This document shows, piece after piece, positions 18,814 to 29,510 of a DNA stretch of 64,000 nt. How positions within the stretch are numbered: position 1 is the first letter of the stretch; each line of letters begins with the position of its first letter. Where the stretch lies: the IMG/VR virus record IMGVR_UViG_3300027659_000010. One strand, given 5' to 3'. Source of the stretch: a virus. Below the pieces are notes generated by a model that was given only the letters and a program-made list of their open reading frames with translations, had not been told where the DNA came from and did no database searches. The position numbers were made by a program, and so were the translations under genes.

Positions 18814-18882
18814 TTACATGAAAACTTCAATCAATACAAATACAACAATAAGAATTGCTACAATGAATTGATAGGCTTTCAT
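18814..18882 (-). CDS. 22-aa hydrophobic single-TM peptide
   Basis: MKAYQFIVAILIVVFVLIEVFM*; fills the gap between csp and ssrA; not in ORF track. Confidence 0.45.
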   Translation of the reverse strand: MKAYQFIVAILIVVFVLIEVFM

Positions 18883-18884
18883 AT

Positions 18885-19088
18885 TTATGCAGGCTGAATG
18901 TTGCTGGCCTGCTGTCCTTTCTGACCCTGAGTTACTTCAAACCTTACACTCTGTCCTTCTTGTAGGCTCTTGAAGCCACTCGAATTAATCTGTGAAAAGT
19001 GAGCAAATAAGTCTGCGCCACCATCGTCCGGCGTAATAAAGCCAAAACCTTTGGCGTCGTTAAACCATTTTACTTTTCCTGTTACCAT
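18885..19088 (-). CDS. cspA: Cold-shock protein
   Basis: [21 protein letters not shown]. Confidence 0.95.
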   Translation of the reverse strand: MVTGKVKWFNDAKGFGFITPDDGGADLFAHFSQINSSGFKSLQEGQSVRFEVTQGQKGQQASNIQPA

Positions 19089-19131
19089 TTTACTTGATTT
19101 CCTTGTTGTTAAAAGACTCTGTCTCTGTATG

Positions 19132-19542
19132 TTATTTAATCCAACCTATGCGTTTTCCCGCAGCTATTCGCCGATCATATTCCTCGACCGAGCTAGGGAA
19201 TCTCCAGGCCCAAACTGCCACGCACAACATAAACAGTGCTGTATATATTATACCACGAACAGGTATCGCAGTCAACCACATGATCGCCAAACTGGTTGAC
19301 ATCATGAACAGCATAAAGTATTTCATTTTCTGAGGGAACACACGCCTAGTATTCCAATTATGTAGGAACGGTCCAAACAACCGGTGATTGTAGATCCAAC
19401 GATGCATGCGCTCTGAACCTTTACTAAAACAATAGGCAGCAAACACCACAAATATACTGTATGGGATGCCCGGAGTGATAACTCCTATATAGGCCATGCC
19501 AAGACTTAGAAAACCCAATGTGTTCCAAAATAATTTTTTCAT
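19132..19542 (-). CDS. YbaN/DUF454 inner membrane protein
   Basis: GVITPGIP...[24 protein letters not shown]. Confidence 0.85.
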   Translation of the reverse strand: MKKLFWNTLGFLSLGMAYIGVITPGIPYSIFVVFAAYCFSKGSERMHRWIYNHRLFGPFLHNWNTRRVFPQKMKYFMLFMMSTSLAIMWLTAIPVRGIIYTALFMLCVAVWAWRFPSSVEEYDRRIAAGKRIGWIK

Positions 19543-20510
19543 TAGGCAGCCACTACTCTGTTAGGTACTGCAGCCACTATGATGTCTTGATGCAGATTAG
19601 GAGTAAATTTTCCACCTGCAGCACCATTTAGTGTGGCTAGTTTATTAATGGGTTTCGAAACCCTCACAGATTGACCACCATAAGGTAAGTTTGGAATAGC
19701 ATAACTGATATGTATCCACACAGTTTTGCTTGGTAGATATTCCAGCAGCAATTGATCATAAGGAATGTTTTTATTAATCCACTGTGCTATCTCGAAATAG
19801 TCATGTGCTCCTACACCACGGAACTGCAGATCAGCTGCTTGACCTGTGCCGTGTTGTGCCTGACCCTTTCCTTCTCTATAAGTGTTGGTAATCAACATAC
19901 TAGGATATTTGGCCTTTATGGGTTCTAGAATATTGAGAGCTAGGGCGGCCAAATTATTCACGATGTTTTGAGGCGGTAGTCCCTTGACATTGTCAGCTAA
20001 CTGAGCTATAGTTCTGGGAAAGGTAACATTTTTTATCGCTTGTCCTAGGGTAAATCCCGACGGTGTTAATTTAGTAGCAAATGTAATGTCACCTGAAACA
20101 GCTGCGCTAGGTCTGTCTGCTGGTCTGTCTTTACTGGGCGCCACGCCTGGTCCTTTTGGAGTAGGTGTTGTGGTTAATGTTTTATGTTCTACAGCAGTGA
20201 TGCGCCCTTCGGCGAGGAATCTATCAGCTTCTCTTTTACCTGCGGTGTTGTCTTCATCGCCTTCCACGTTTTTTACAGCAGCTACCACAGTCACCTTTGG
20301 CACTGCTGCAGAGGCGAATGTTCCTGGTGTTGTGGCTGCATTGTACAGCGCAATTTCCACACCATTGGCAAACACGTTGAACGGATTGTATAGAGGTTCC
20401 TGTCGGCTTAAGGTGCCTGCTGCGTGATTGTGCGGTACAAGATAGTGTCCACCAGCACTGCTCGATCCAGCGCCGGGAGTAGTCGATTGAGGTGTTGGAG
20501 TAGTTGCCAT
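19542..20510 (-). CDS. Peptidase M15-like peptidoglycan hydrolase
   Basis: YR...QHGTGQAAD...WIHIS zinc motifs. Confidence 0.75.
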   Translation of the reverse strand: MATTPTPQSTTPGAGSSSAGGHYLVPHNHAAGTLSRQEPLYNPFNVFANGVEIALYNAATTPGTFASAAVPKVTVVAAVKNVEGDEDNTAGKREADRFLAEGRITAVEHKTLTTTPTPKGPGVAPSKDRPADRPSAAVSGDITFATKLTPSGFTLGQAIKNVTFPRTIAQLADNVKGLPPQNIVNNLAALALNILEPIKAKYPSMLITNTYREGKGQAQHGTGQAADLQFRGVGAHDYFEIAQWINKNIPYDQLLLEYLPSKTVWIHISYAIPNLPYGGQSVRVSKPINKLATLNGAAGGKFTPNLHQDIIVAAVPNRVVAA

Positions 20511-20513
20511 TTA

Positions 20514-21137
20514 CTAAAATTCCTTTGGAAGGGCATCAATTTTAGCTTTAAATGCTATAAGTCCTGCAAGAGTAATGTTTTCAGGCCCTACATTTTCAAC
20601 GTACAATTTATAAGTCGAAACTAGTCCTACCCAATCCAACGGTCCTTTCATATGTATGCCGGCGCCCTTGGATCGATCATAAATTCCTGCAAGGGATACT
20701 GCAGAATTTTCCGACGCCTGAGCAATATCCGATAATATTGCTCCGATGGTGGTTGACCCAGGAGTTACAGCAGCCGTCATCGATTCAGTTGCTCTTGCGG
20801 TATCTTCAGATGCTTGAGCAATATCCGATAATATTGCTCCGATGGTGGTTGACCCAGGAGTTATAGCAGCATACATCGATGATAGTATTGAATTTTGAAT
20901 AGATGACTGAGTCGCTAGATCGGTTAATTTATCAGACACATTATCTATTTTATCAGCTATAAATGCCATACTCAATGACACCTGTTCCAACGCTGTTACA
21001 ATTCTAATTAAATGAGGACTATAATCATAAGCAATTGCATTATTAGCAGTTGCTCCTGTACCTGCAGAAGAGGTAGTGAGCACTGCTGCTGCTGGGGCAG
21101 TTGGTGTTGTAGGTAATAATGAACTGTCGTTGGCCAT
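20514..21137 (-). CDS. Hypothetical protein with 32-aa internal duplication
   Basis: TPGSTTIGAILSDIAQASE occurs twice. Confidence 0.65.
   Translation of the reverse strand: MANDSSLLPTTPTAPAAAVLTTSSAGTGATANNAIAYDYSPHLIRIVTALEQVSLSMAFIADKIDNVSDKLTDLATQSSIQNSILSSMYAAITPGSTTIGAILSDIAQASEDTARATESMTAAVTPGSTTIGAILSDIAQASENSAVSLAGIYDRSKGAGIHMKGPLDWVGLVSTYKLYVENVGPENITLAGLIAFKAKIDALPKEF
20719..20863. repeat. 49-nt exact direct repeat, 96-nt period
   Basis: tgagcaatatccgataatattgctccgatggtggttgacccaggagtta at 20719 and 20815. Confidence 0.9.
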
Positions 21138-21158
21138 AGTACTTTCCTAAACTAGTAT

Positions 21159-21452
21159 TTAAGCCAGTGCAATCCCTGTGGTCTGTTGTATAAACTGATC
21201 TGCAAATGATTTATCTGTGGCTTCTGCCACAGCTACTACAGCTTTGGCTAATCTAATTTCTTTGTTGGGATCTACTGTGAATAAGTAGGGCATTAACGCT
21301 GGTCCTTTTGGACTCATAGCTATGACCATAGGATGCGCTAATTTGTAGTGCATGACTTGATCTTCCGCTAGTTTTGCTACTAGTTCTTCACCGCTAGTGA
21401 GTTTTAACGTAACTACTTCTCCTACTGCAACACCTTTGTCTATTAACATCAT
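21159..21452 (-). CDS. Small beta-rich (Sm-like) phage protein
   Basis: VVTLKLTSGEELVAK; Y/F-x-Q-x-T-x-G-I C-terminus. Confidence 0.55.
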   Translation of the reverse strand: MMLIDKGVAVGEVVTLKLTSGEELVAKLAEDQVMHYKLAHPMVIAMSPKGPALMPYLFTVDPNKEIRLAKAVVAVAEATDKSFADQFIQQTTGIALA

Positions 21453-21703
21453 AATTTTCCCTTGCCGAATCCACCGGCTGTTTGTTCTATGTGGTCACGT
21501 AGTTCTGTGAAACCACCTATAAGTGTGTTATTGATAAAGATCTGTGGAACTGTTCTTGCATTTGGTACAGCCTCCAATAGTTCTTCTTTGGTATATCCAT
21601 CACCGATCTTGCGTTCTTCAAACTCTATGCCTCTTTGCGTGAGCAGTGCCTTGGCCTGATCACAGTAGGGACAATTATATTTGCTCCATACAACAGCTTT
21701 CAT
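21449..21703 (-). CDS. Glutaredoxin
   Basis: CPYC, TVPQIF, IGGF. Confidence 0.95.
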   Translation of the reverse strand: MKAVVWSKYNCPYCDQAKALLTQRGIEFEERKIGDGYTKEELLEAVPNARTVPQIFINNTLIGGFTELRDHIEQTAGGFGKGKL

Positions 21704-21723
21704 TTTATTTTCCTTTTGATAAT

Positions 21724-22293
21724 TTATCTTTCAAGCAAGTGTTGATAATCATTTACCATTTTATCCCAAGTAGTTAAATGCACGGGAGATCTTGCACTTA
21801 TAGTCCATCGATAAGAAAATCTATTAATCATTGCATGGGGATGATCAACACGTATGAGTATTAATTGATTTTTCTCCATAACACATCTATCTATTTCTTG
21901 TAGTTGACTTATAGGCCAAGACAAGTAACTCTCCCCATCCGAATTAATAGGCATAAATGCGCCAGACTGTTGTGGTTTATCGTACCAAATCATTTCGCCG
22001 GCTTCACCACTTATAACCCAATTAAATCCGCAGTTCACAATTTCAGCAGGGTTACCTGCAAGATCTATATGTGCAAAATCATCAACGATACATGGTCGTC
22101 TATAAAAAAGTATTCCTATTGCTATAGGAATACCTATAGTCTCCATGGTCTCTAACCATTCTTTACTGAAAATATTTTCTCTTTCGATAGGCCAAACTTG
22201 TCTGTCGTCTATATCATTTGGAGTGGGAAATTTCCAATCGTTTAATATTGCCTTTGAAACATCTATGTTAAGTCGATACCAGCATTTTTTCAT
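21724..22293 (-). CDS. Hypothetical protein, possibly cupin/2OG-oxygenase-like
   Basis: HID...PH...R pattern. Confidence 0.45.
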   Translation of the reverse strand: MKKCWYRLNIDVSKAILNDWKFPTPNDIDDRQVWPIERENIFSKEWLETMETIGIPIAIGILFYRRPCIVDDFAHIDLAGNPAEIVNCGFNWVISGEAGEMIWYDKPQQSGAFMPINSDGESYLSWPISQLQEIDRCVMEKNQLILIRVDHPHAMINRFSYRWTISARSPVHLTTWDKMVNDYQHLLER

Positions 22294-22294
22294 G

Positions 22295-23806
22295 TTACAT
22301 ATTCAACTTACTACGTTTGTAATTCTCAATCATTTCGTAATTAAGATTGAGCTTTGGCGAACCTTTTTTGTAGTCGTAAGATAATAGCTCACGTATTGAC
22401 TTATCAGGAGCCGTGTAAAAAAACTTTTGAATAGGATACCTAATATCGTTTTGAGGAAATTTATAATACATCAATTCTACCCATTCTGCCATTCTTCCCC
22501 AATTTGTGTGTTTGTTTTTCCATATTACATTATCCGGGCGGAATCCAGTTATGTGATTATAATTGTCATACACTTCAAGACTTTTTAGATACTCTTTTTG
22601 CTCTTCTTGAGTAGCAGGTTCATAACCGTATTTGGCATAGTCCATGGTCATCTTTGAATTTTGGTTTAAATGGTCAAAGGCATTTTTCTTTGGGATATCA
22701 AGTACATTTGCTACCACATTCTCTCCCTGCCAATTGTCAAGACACCATTGAAAATTAGCTTCTACATCTGCCTCGGTATCATGAGGAAGCCCTGCAATCA
22801 AAGTGATTGTGGCTCTGTATAACCCATCATTTTGTTTGTGAAAATAATTTTTTGCATCTATCAACCCTTGTTGTAATATTTCCGGATTCATTCCTTTACC
22901 AATGACCTTTCCCGATTCGTGGTTAAAAGTTTCAATGCCGTACAGATGAGAGACAACCTGCATTCTTATCAGTTCATCCCATTCCTTTTGACCACGTTTT
23001 ACTAACAGGTCAGGACGAATAAACGCCCAGAAAAAAGGTTGGAAGTCCAGCTGTTGTACAACGTCAGCAAATTTTGTAATTTTTTCAGTGCGGTCGTTGA
23101 ATGTTTCGTCGCTGATCATATATCTGGTGATACCGAATCGATCATAAGCATCTTTGATCTGTCTTTCAAAACTGTCAGTATCTCTAGTCCAATCTCCCTT
23201 GACTCCGATCATTGGATGATTACAGTAGTCGCAGACAAACTTACAACCCCTGCTGAATTCTATTGAAATCCATTCATATGATTGAAGGAAATCTCGATCC
23301 TCATATATAATAACAGGATCTCTCCAAGGAGCAGCATCCCATCCGCCTTGTGCAACTTTTCTACCTTTTACAGTTGTAAACTCTACGGCGTCGCCGGCAT
23401 TAAACAAATACTTTAATAGTTTTATAAAGATTGTTTCTGCGTACCCAGTTATTTGATAGTCAATATGCTTTGTGTTGATTTCTGCAAAAGTTTGAGATCC
23501 GTAGATGATTAGAATATTCGGATAGTTTTCTTTTAGCCAGGCAGCAGTTTGTTCAGCTAACTCAGGCCATTGCAGGAATAACGATCCGAACCCTATGAAC
23601 TTGTAATCACTATCAAGTCTAGTTATCAGTAACTGTTTTATTTCTTCAAACGTCCAGAAACGGAAAAAATCTATTACTTCTACATCCCATCCATGCTTAC
23701 GTATTTCTGTAGCTATTCGATGACCACCACCTGATCTACCTGCCTCATCTTCTCTGGCAATAAGAAATAACAGAGCTTTATACTTACTTTTTTCAATAAT
23801 TTTCAT
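22295..23806 (-). CDS. B12-binding-type radical SAM protein
   Basis: SRGCKFVCDYC, ISDETFN, YGIETF, LIAGLPHD. Confidence 0.85.
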   Translation of the reverse strand: MKIIEKSKYKALLFLIAREDEAGRSGGGHRIATEIRKHGWDVEVIDFFRFWTFEEIKQLLITRLDSDYKFIGFGSLFLQWPELAEQTAAWLKENYPNILIIYGSQTFAEINTKHIDYQITGYAETIFIKLLKYLFNAGDAVEFTTVKGRKVAQGGWDAAPWRDPVIIYEDRDFLQSYEWISIEFSRGCKFVCDYCNHPMIGVKGDWTRDTDSFERQIKDAYDRFGITRYMISDETFNDRTEKITKFADVVQQLDFQPFFWAFIRPDLLVKRGQKEWDELIRMQVVSHLYGIETFNHESGKVIGKGMNPEILQQGLIDAKNYFHKQNDGLYRATITLIAGLPHDTEADVEANFQWCLDNWQGENVVANVLDIPKKNAFDHLNQNSKMTMDYAKYGYEPATQEEQKEYLKSLEVYDNYNHITGFRPDNVIWKNKHTNWGRMAEWVELMYYKFPQNDIRYPIQKFFYTAPDKSIRELLSYDYKKGSPKLNLNYEMIENYKRSKLNM

Positions 23807-23816
23807 GGTCCATTAT

Positions 23817-23984
23817 TTAATTTGAATATATCACAGCACCTTTTTTGTCAGTGACTCTAACCAATAACATGCCTTTGTTTTTATAGCTCAAGGCTGCGGA
23901 TATGGCTGCTTGTTCGCTGCCGTAACTGCCAATCGTGGTCCATGACTCATATGGGTTTGTTCTTTTGAATTGTGCTTTGTACAT
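23817..23984 (-). CDS. 55-aa hypothetical protein
   Basis: Not in ORF track: MYKAQFKRTNPYESWTTIGSYGSEQAAISAALSYKNKGMLLVRVTDKKGAVIYSN; fills the gap exactly. Confidence 0.65.
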   Translation of the reverse strand: MYKAQFKRTNPYESWTTIGSYGSEQAAISAALSYKNKGMLLVRVTDKKGAVIYSN

Positions 23985-23990
23985 GATTTA

Positions 23991-25091
23991 TTATATAGCC
24001 GGAAGAGCATCATAGTCAAGATTTTCACCCATGACGCCTATCACATAGTTGGTGCTTTCGGTTTCTTGCAGAGCACTCTGTTTCTTCGAAGTGTCCGTGT
24101 GCTTATTGAACCAAGGAATTGGAGTTGATCTCGGAGCAGTGGCCTGATACTTGATACCTATGTCTTTGAGCGCACCTACAGCAGTATAGTCTACGAAATC
24201 TTTGAGTATGGCTGCATTGAGTCCAATCACGGGACCCAGTTTAAACAGATAGTCAGCCCAGGCCTTTTCTTCAGAGATGACATCCAGATACAGCTGATAT
24301 ACTTCTGCTTCACATTCTAGTTTGGCTGCCGCAAATCTCGGATCTTCCTTGACTACCTGATTGATCAACCATGCAGTCCAACCTTTGTGTAGCAGTTCGT
24401 CTTGTAGGATTAGGCTGATAATATTGCCATTGCCAATGAAGATGCGATTCTCTACCATGGCCAATGATGTGGCAAAACTTACCATAAAGCGGAATGCTTC
24501 TAGAGCATATGAAGCATGCAGGGCCATGTATATGGCTCTGACATGATCTTTTTCAGAGATTGCCTCACCTATCTCTTTTCTACAGTTGATTTCATGTAGT
24601 TGATCATAGTATCGACCCACGCTGGCAGCCATGTCTACGATCTCTTTGGTATCGTGGATTGTATTGAACACATCCTTGGGCACGTTGTAGATGTTGCGAA
24701 TGATATGGCTGTATGAACGACTGTGTATGTTGGTTTCAAAGAATGTCCAATTGTAGATCAGTGCTTCCAGTTCTGGTAGGCTGATCACAGGCATAAACAC
24801 CTGGCTGGGAGCTCGGCCTTGCAGACTGTCTAGAGCTGTTTGACGCAGAAGGTTTGAAGTGAATATGTGCTTGACCGCGGCACTGGCATCTTTGAAATCG
24901 TTGGCATCCTTTGTGAGATTGATTTCTTCTGGCACCCAAAAGAATCCTCGAGCTGTTTTTTCGTAGTCAACTATCTTGTTGTATTTGACTTCTTCGAATC
25001 GCTGTATGGTTACCGGACCGGCTGGGTCAAGAAACATCTTACGATTCACATAATCAGTTTTGTTGGTTAGATTGTATTGTCTTTTGCTCAT
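23991..25091 (-). CDS. nrdB: Ribonucleotide reductase class Ia beta subunit
   Basis: FFWVPEEI, QTALDSLQ, ETNIHSRSY (radical Tyr), LEAFRF, DELLH. Confidence 0.95.
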   Translation of the reverse strand: MSKRQYNLTNKTDYVNRKMFLDPAGPVTIQRFEEVKYNKIVDYEKTARGFFWVPEEINLTKDANDFKDASAAVKHIFTSNLLRQTALDSLQGRAPSQVFMPVISLPELEALIYNWTFFETNIHSRSYSHIIRNIYNVPKDVFNTIHDTKEIVDMAASVGRYYDQLHEINCRKEIGEAISEKDHVRAIYMALHASYALEAFRFMVSFATSLAMVENRIFIGNGNIISLILQDELLHKGWTAWLINQVVKEDPRFAAAKLECEAEVYQLYLDVISEEKAWADYLFKLGPVIGLNAAILKDFVDYTAVGALKDIGIKYQATAPRSTPIPWFNKHTDTSKKQSALQETESTNYVIGVMGENLDYDALPAI

Positions 25092-25127
25092 TTGTATTTT
25101 CCTCGTTTGTACGCATCTACTAATATA

Positions 25128-25679
25128 TCACAACAGGTTTCTAGCATTAATAAAATCCCAATTAATAATTTTCCATTGATTTTCTAGATATTTTGATTTG
25201 TCTGATTGATAGTCTAAGGCCCATGCATGTTCCCACCAATCTATCAATACCACTATGTCATTCTTGATCTCATGATTGACAATGGTTTTTATCTTGCCGT
25301 CCTTGGCCAAGTAGGCCCACCCACTGCCTTGTATGCTCATGGCCGTTTTCTCAAACTGTTGCTTGAACTGATCAAAGGTTTTATAGTGTTCTTCAATGAA
25401 ACTCAGTATAGGTCCTGTCGGCGTGTTGTTTCTACCGGGTGCTTGATATTGTTGGAACAGAGTATTGTGCAGGAATGCGCCAGCTTCATTGAACTCAGCA
25501 TCACCTTCATTGCTGTTATAGCGTTTGGCATAGCCCTGTGCCAGTTCGCCGTAGTGATAGTTGATGGTATCTTCGCTGATGCTGGGAGCCAGTTCATCAC
25601 GCTCATAAGGCAATGGCAGTATTTCTAATCGATGCGGCCTACCTTCGTTGAGCACGTTGCGTATGAAACTATAGGGCAT
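25128..25679 (-). CDS. Fe/Mn superoxide dismutase-like protein
   Basis: LPYERDELAP, YHYG, LHN, GSGWAYL, DWWEHA. Confidence 0.85.
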   Translation of the reverse strand: MPYSFIRNVLNEGRPHRLEILPLPYERDELAPSISEDTINYHYGELAQGYAKRYNSNEGDAEFNEAGAFLHNTLFQQYQAPGRNNTPTGPILSFIEEHYKTFDQFKQQFEKTAMSIQGSGWAYLAKDGKIKTIVNHEIKNDIVVLIDWWEHAWALDYQSDKSKYLENQWKIINWDFINARNLL

Positions 25680-25684
25680 CGTGT

Positions 25685-26014
25685 CTATACTCTAAAACTT
25701 TCGCCACACCCACAGCGATCTCGTTCGTTGGGATTGACAAAATCAAATCCTTCGTTGAGTCCTTTCTTGGTCCAATCCATTTCTATACCTTCTAGATAAA
25801 CCAAACTCTTGGGATCTACAAACACATGCACCCCATGACTGACAAAACCAACATCATCTGTGCGAGGACCGTGCGGTGCGTCTACATATTCCAGCACATA
25901 GGCCAAGCCACTACAGCCTGTGGTTTTAACTCCAACACGGATGCCAATCCCTGTGGGTCTTTGAGCCAGTTGTGTTTTAACCTTGTCAGCAGCGGTTTCA
26001 GTAAGAGAGATCAT
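25685..26014 (-). CDS. iscA: Fe-S cluster assembly protein IscA
   Basis: [19 protein letters not shown]. Confidence 0.92.
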   Translation of the reverse strand: MISLTETAADKVKTQLAQRPTGIGIRVGVKTTGCSGLAYVLEYVDAPHGPRTDDVGFVSHGVHVFVDPKSLVYLEGIEMDWTKKGLNEGFDFVNPNERDRCGCGESFRV

Positions 26015-26384
26015 GTTTCTTTTTATAGTCCTCTACTGCGGCTTTGATAGCATCTTCTGCAAGTATGCTACAATGTATTTTAACCGGTGGTAGGGCAAGT
26101 TCTTCAGCAATTGTGCTATTAGTAATCGTTCGTGCCTGGTCAAGCGTTTTTCCCTTGACCCATTCTGTGACGAGGCTTGAGCTGGCGATTGCTGATCCAC
26201 ACCCGTATGTTTTGAATTTTGCATCTGTAATAATCCCATCTGTTACTTTGATCTGTAGTTTCATTACATCCCCGCAGGCAGGAGCACCCACCATGCCAGT
26301 GCCCACATCTGTATCAGCTTTATCGAAACTACCTACGTTACGTGGGTTTTCATAATGATCAATTACTTTGTCGCTGTATGCCAT
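25998..26384 (-). CDS. iscU: Fe-S scaffold IscU
   Basis: [39 protein letters not shown]. Confidence 0.96.
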   Translation of the reverse strand: MAYSDKVIDHYENPRNVGSFDKADTDVGTGMVGAPACGDVMKLQIKVTDGIITDAKFKTYGCGSAIASSSLVTEWVKGKTLDQARTITNSTIAEELALPPVKIHCSILAEDAIKAAVEDYKKKHDLSY

Positions 26385-26393
26385 ATTGTATCC

Positions 26394-26717
26394 TTATACG
26401 CTAAAACTGCTGCCACATCCACAAGTGCTTTGAGCATTGGGATTAGTGATTACAAATTGGCTGCCTGAAATATCCTCTTTATAGTCTATACTAGCACCTT
26501 GTAGATACTGCATGCTCATTGAGTCCACCAATACCTTGAACTTTTCTAATGGTATTTCAAAGTCATCTTCGTTGGTTATTTCGTCGAATGTGAAGCCGTA
26601 GCTGAATCCGCTACAGCCACCTCCCTGCACAAAGGTTCTCAGTGCAAGATTGGGATTGCCTTCTTCTAAAAGCAGATCCAAGATTTTGATCTTGGCTGAT
26701 TCGGTTATGGTCATCAT
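26394..26717 (-). CDS. erpA: A-type Fe-S carrier ErpA
   Basis: [30 protein letters not shown]. Confidence 0.9.
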   Translation of the reverse strand: MMTITESAKIKILDLLLEEGNPNLALRTFVQGGGCSGFSYGFTFDEITNEDDFEIPLEKFKVLVDSMSMQYLQGASIDYKEDISGSQFVITNPNAQSTCGCGSSFSV

Positions 26718-29056
26718 AGTTTGCATGCTTCGCAGTCCTCTTCTTCGATGCTGGTTTCAACCTCACGTTCGTTGTAGAAACCATTGTAATGTACTTCTGG
26801 TGTGGCTTCTGCCACTGCCTTAGAACCTGCTTTGTTGATCAAGCTGTAGTAAAAGGTCTTGAGTCCCCATACATGCGCCTGCATGAGGTTCTTAGCGATC
26901 AGCGTTGTAGGCACCTTGCGGTCTGGAAAGTGTGCAGGATTGTAGAATGTGTTGGTAGATATTGATTGATCAACATACGCAGCTAAAACTGCGGCAGTTT
27001 TAAGATATCCATCACAGTCTCGTTGATCCCACATTAGTTGATACTTATTTTTTAATCTATTGTATTCTGGTACTACCTGAGTCAATGATCCTGCTTTAGA
27101 TTCTTTGGTAGATATCAAGCTCATAGGCATTTCTATCCCATTAGTTGAATTTATAACCACTGAGCTTGACTCTACCGGAGCAATGGCCATCAATGTGGCG
27201 TTTCTCACGCCGTGTAGTTTCATTTCTTGTCTGAGATTCTCCCAGTCAAGTTCTGGAGCAAAGTTGGTGAGGTCGTTAACTCCTTGGGCTCTTCTTTCCC
27301 AGGGGAATTCACCTTTGCCGTATCTGGTTCTGTCTGAATCTTTGCATCTGCCTCTTTCTTTGGCCAGTTCAACGGTGGATTCTGTAAGGTAAAAGGCTTG
27401 ATGCTCCATCCAAACTTTAACTTCTGCCAATGCGTCGTTGTCGCCATATCTGTAGCTCCTTTTTGCATGCCAATAGGCAAGATTAGTGACGCCTATACCC
27501 AGGGGTTGGAGTTCATCATTACTGAGTTTGCTTTGTATACTCAGGAAGTCTTGATAATCCAATATGTTACATAGGCTTCTTTGTAGAATGCGACAGGCTC
27601 TACGCATGTCTTCTGGGTTACGGAACGCACCCCAGTTAATGGATCCCAGTGTGCATAACGCTATGCGTCCCTGCTCGTCGTCAAGTCTTTTAAATGAACG
27701 AGTTGGCAATAAGATCTCACAGCACAGGTTACTTTGATAAATGGTATGATACTCTGGATCAAACGGTCCTTGATTCATAACATTATCAATAAACACCAAA
27801 TAGATGCGACCCGTGTCTGTACGCTCCTTCAAAATGCCAGACTTGAATACTTCTTCAGCTGACATTGTTTTTTTGCGTAGGTCTTTACGCTTTTCATATT
27901 TCAAATACAGTTGTTCAAACAACTCTGTGTTTCTGTAAAATGCTTCATACAAGTCTGGTACTTCGTTGGGATCAAAGAAAGTTATGTTTTCTCGGTTCTT
28001 GAATCGTCTCCAGAAGAAAGCACTAAGCACAACCCCATAATCCATATGACGGACTCGGGTTTCTTCTGTTCCTTGGTTGTTCTTAAGCACAATAAGATCA
28101 TCAAACTGAAGATGCCAAATAGGATAGAATACAGTAGCACTAGCATTACGAATACCTCCTTGACTGCAACTACGAAGATCGCCAAACCATTTCTTTAAGA
28201 ATGGGATCATACCAGTGTGCATGATCTCTCCACCTCTAATGGGACTACCTAATGATCTAAGACGACCGATCTCTAAACCAATGCCGGCACGTTTGCTGGC
28301 ATACTTGGCCATCATCTCACCAGAAGCAAATATGCTATCCAGATCGTCGTCACTGCGGATAAGCACACAACTAGAAAACTGTTTAGTTTGAGTGCCAAGG
28401 CCAGCCAGCACAGGTGTAGCAAGAGTAAATAGGCCATCGCTCGCACAGTTGTAGTACTCTTTGATGTAACGCATACGGGACGATTGAGGTTCTTCCTTAT
28501 GAAAGACCGTAGCGGCCGCGACCATATATCTAACCTGTGGCGTCTCATAGATCTCTTTCGTAGCGCGATTGCGTACAAGATACTTCTCAATAAGTTGTTC
28601 AATGGCTGCATATGAGTACTGTTCATCCTTTTCGTGATCAATGAAATCATTCATGCGATTCCATTCTTCTTCTGAATACCACTCCAAGAGTTCAGCGGTG
28701 TAAAGGCCCACTGAAACATTTTTCTTTATGATGTCATAGAGATGGGGAGGTTCGTATTGGCCATATACATCCTTGCGCAGCATGCTGAGTCTCTGCTTGC
28801 CTGCCACATATTGGTAGTTGACATGTCCTACATCTGGATTATGTTCTATGTCTATGAGATTAACTATAGCTCTAAGAGTGGTACCGTCAATTTCTTCTGT
28901 GGTGATGCCATCATAGAAATGCGGTTGTGCTTTGATTTCTATCATTGATTGACTTACGTCTGCTATGCCTTTACAGACTTTGGCAACCTGCGCCTGCCAT
29001 TTTTCTACTGCTAATGGTTCTTTACTACCGTTTCTTTTAATAACCGTGATGCTCAT
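26714..29056 (-). CDS. nrdA: Ribonucleotide reductase class Ia alpha subunit
   Basis: ATP cone, FSSCV, SNLCCEI, GLKTFYY, C-terminal CEAC. Confidence 0.96.
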   Translation of the reverse strand: MSITVIKRNGSKEPLAVEKWQAQVAKVCKGIADVSQSMIEIKAQPHFYDGITTEEIDGTTLRAIVNLIDIEHNPDVGHVNYQYVAGKQRLSMLRKDVYGQYEPPHLYDIIKKNVSVGLYTAELLEWYSEEEWNRMNDFIDHEKDEQYSYAAIEQLIEKYLVRNRATKEIYETPQVRYMVAAATVFHKEEPQSSRMRYIKEYYNCASDGLFTLATPVLAGLGTQTKQFSSCVLIRSDDDLDSIFASGEMMAKYASKRAGIGLEIGRLRSLGSPIRGGEIMHTGMIPFLKKWFGDLRSCSQGGIRNASATVFYPIWHLQFDDLIVLKNNQGTEETRVRHMDYGVVLSAFFWRRFKNRENITFFDPNEVPDLYEAFYRNTELFEQLYLKYEKRKDLRKKTMSAEEVFKSGILKERTDTGRIYLVFIDNVMNQGPFDPEYHTIYQSNLCCEILLPTRSFKRLDDEQGRIALCTLGSINWGAFRNPEDMRRACRILQRSLCNILDYQDFLSIQSKLSNDELQPLGIGVTNLAYWHAKRSYRYGDNDALAEVKVWMEHQAFYLTESTVELAKERGRCKDSDRTRYGKGEFPWERRAQGVNDLTNFAPELDWENLRQEMKLHGVRNATLMAIAPVESSSVVINSTNGIEMPMSLISTKESKAGSLTQVVPEYNRLKNKYQLMWDQRDCDGYLKTAAVLAAYVDQSISTNTFYNPAHFPDRKVPTTLIAKNLMQAHVWGLKTFYYSLINKAGSKAVAEATPEVHYNGFYNEREVETSIEEEDCEACKL

Positions 29057-29096
29057 ATTCTGTCTCTATTAGTATTTTATGTATTTATTACTGAGG

Positions 29097-29510
29097 TTAC
29101 TGCTGCCATATCATGCTGGCATCAAGGTGTTTGATTTCTTTAATGTCACTGACTGTTCTGCAGGCATGATTCAACACATGCGAGTCATCCACTATCAATA
29201 TGTATTCTGCTTCGCTTTTTCCTGGGATCATTAACTTATGTATCTCGCATTTGATTTTGATAAACCGCTGTGTTAATTTAATAGTGTACAACATTCCCAG
29301 AGCGATTGCAAGATCGTCCAGTCGAAGATCTAGAATCAATTGCCAGGGATCAGGCCATTGTTGGGGTGAGTAGGGATCGAGATACGCACTTACAAACGGA
29401 GCATGGCTCCAAAGTTCAGCAACATCTTCCAGCGGGTGATCACTGGTTTCTAGTGTGTCTCTGAACTGTTTCCAAGCTGCGATTCGATCTGTGCCGTACC
29501 GGTCAAACAC
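29097..29510 (-). CDS. Hypothetical protein
   Basis: WPDPW motif; overlaps upstream gene. Confidence 0.6.
   Translation of the reverse strand: MFDRYGTDRIAAWKQFRDTLETSDHPLEDVAELWSHAPFVSAYLDPYSPQQWPDPWQLILDLRLDDLAIALGMLYTIKLTQRFIKIKCEIHKLMIPGKSEAEYILIVDDSHVLNHACRTVSDIKEIKHLDASMIWQQ

Noticed and set aside
22295-23806. Radical SAM as PqqE maturase for PqqA
   Set aside because: B12-binding-type architecture, no SPASM Cys motif, no PqqD nearby
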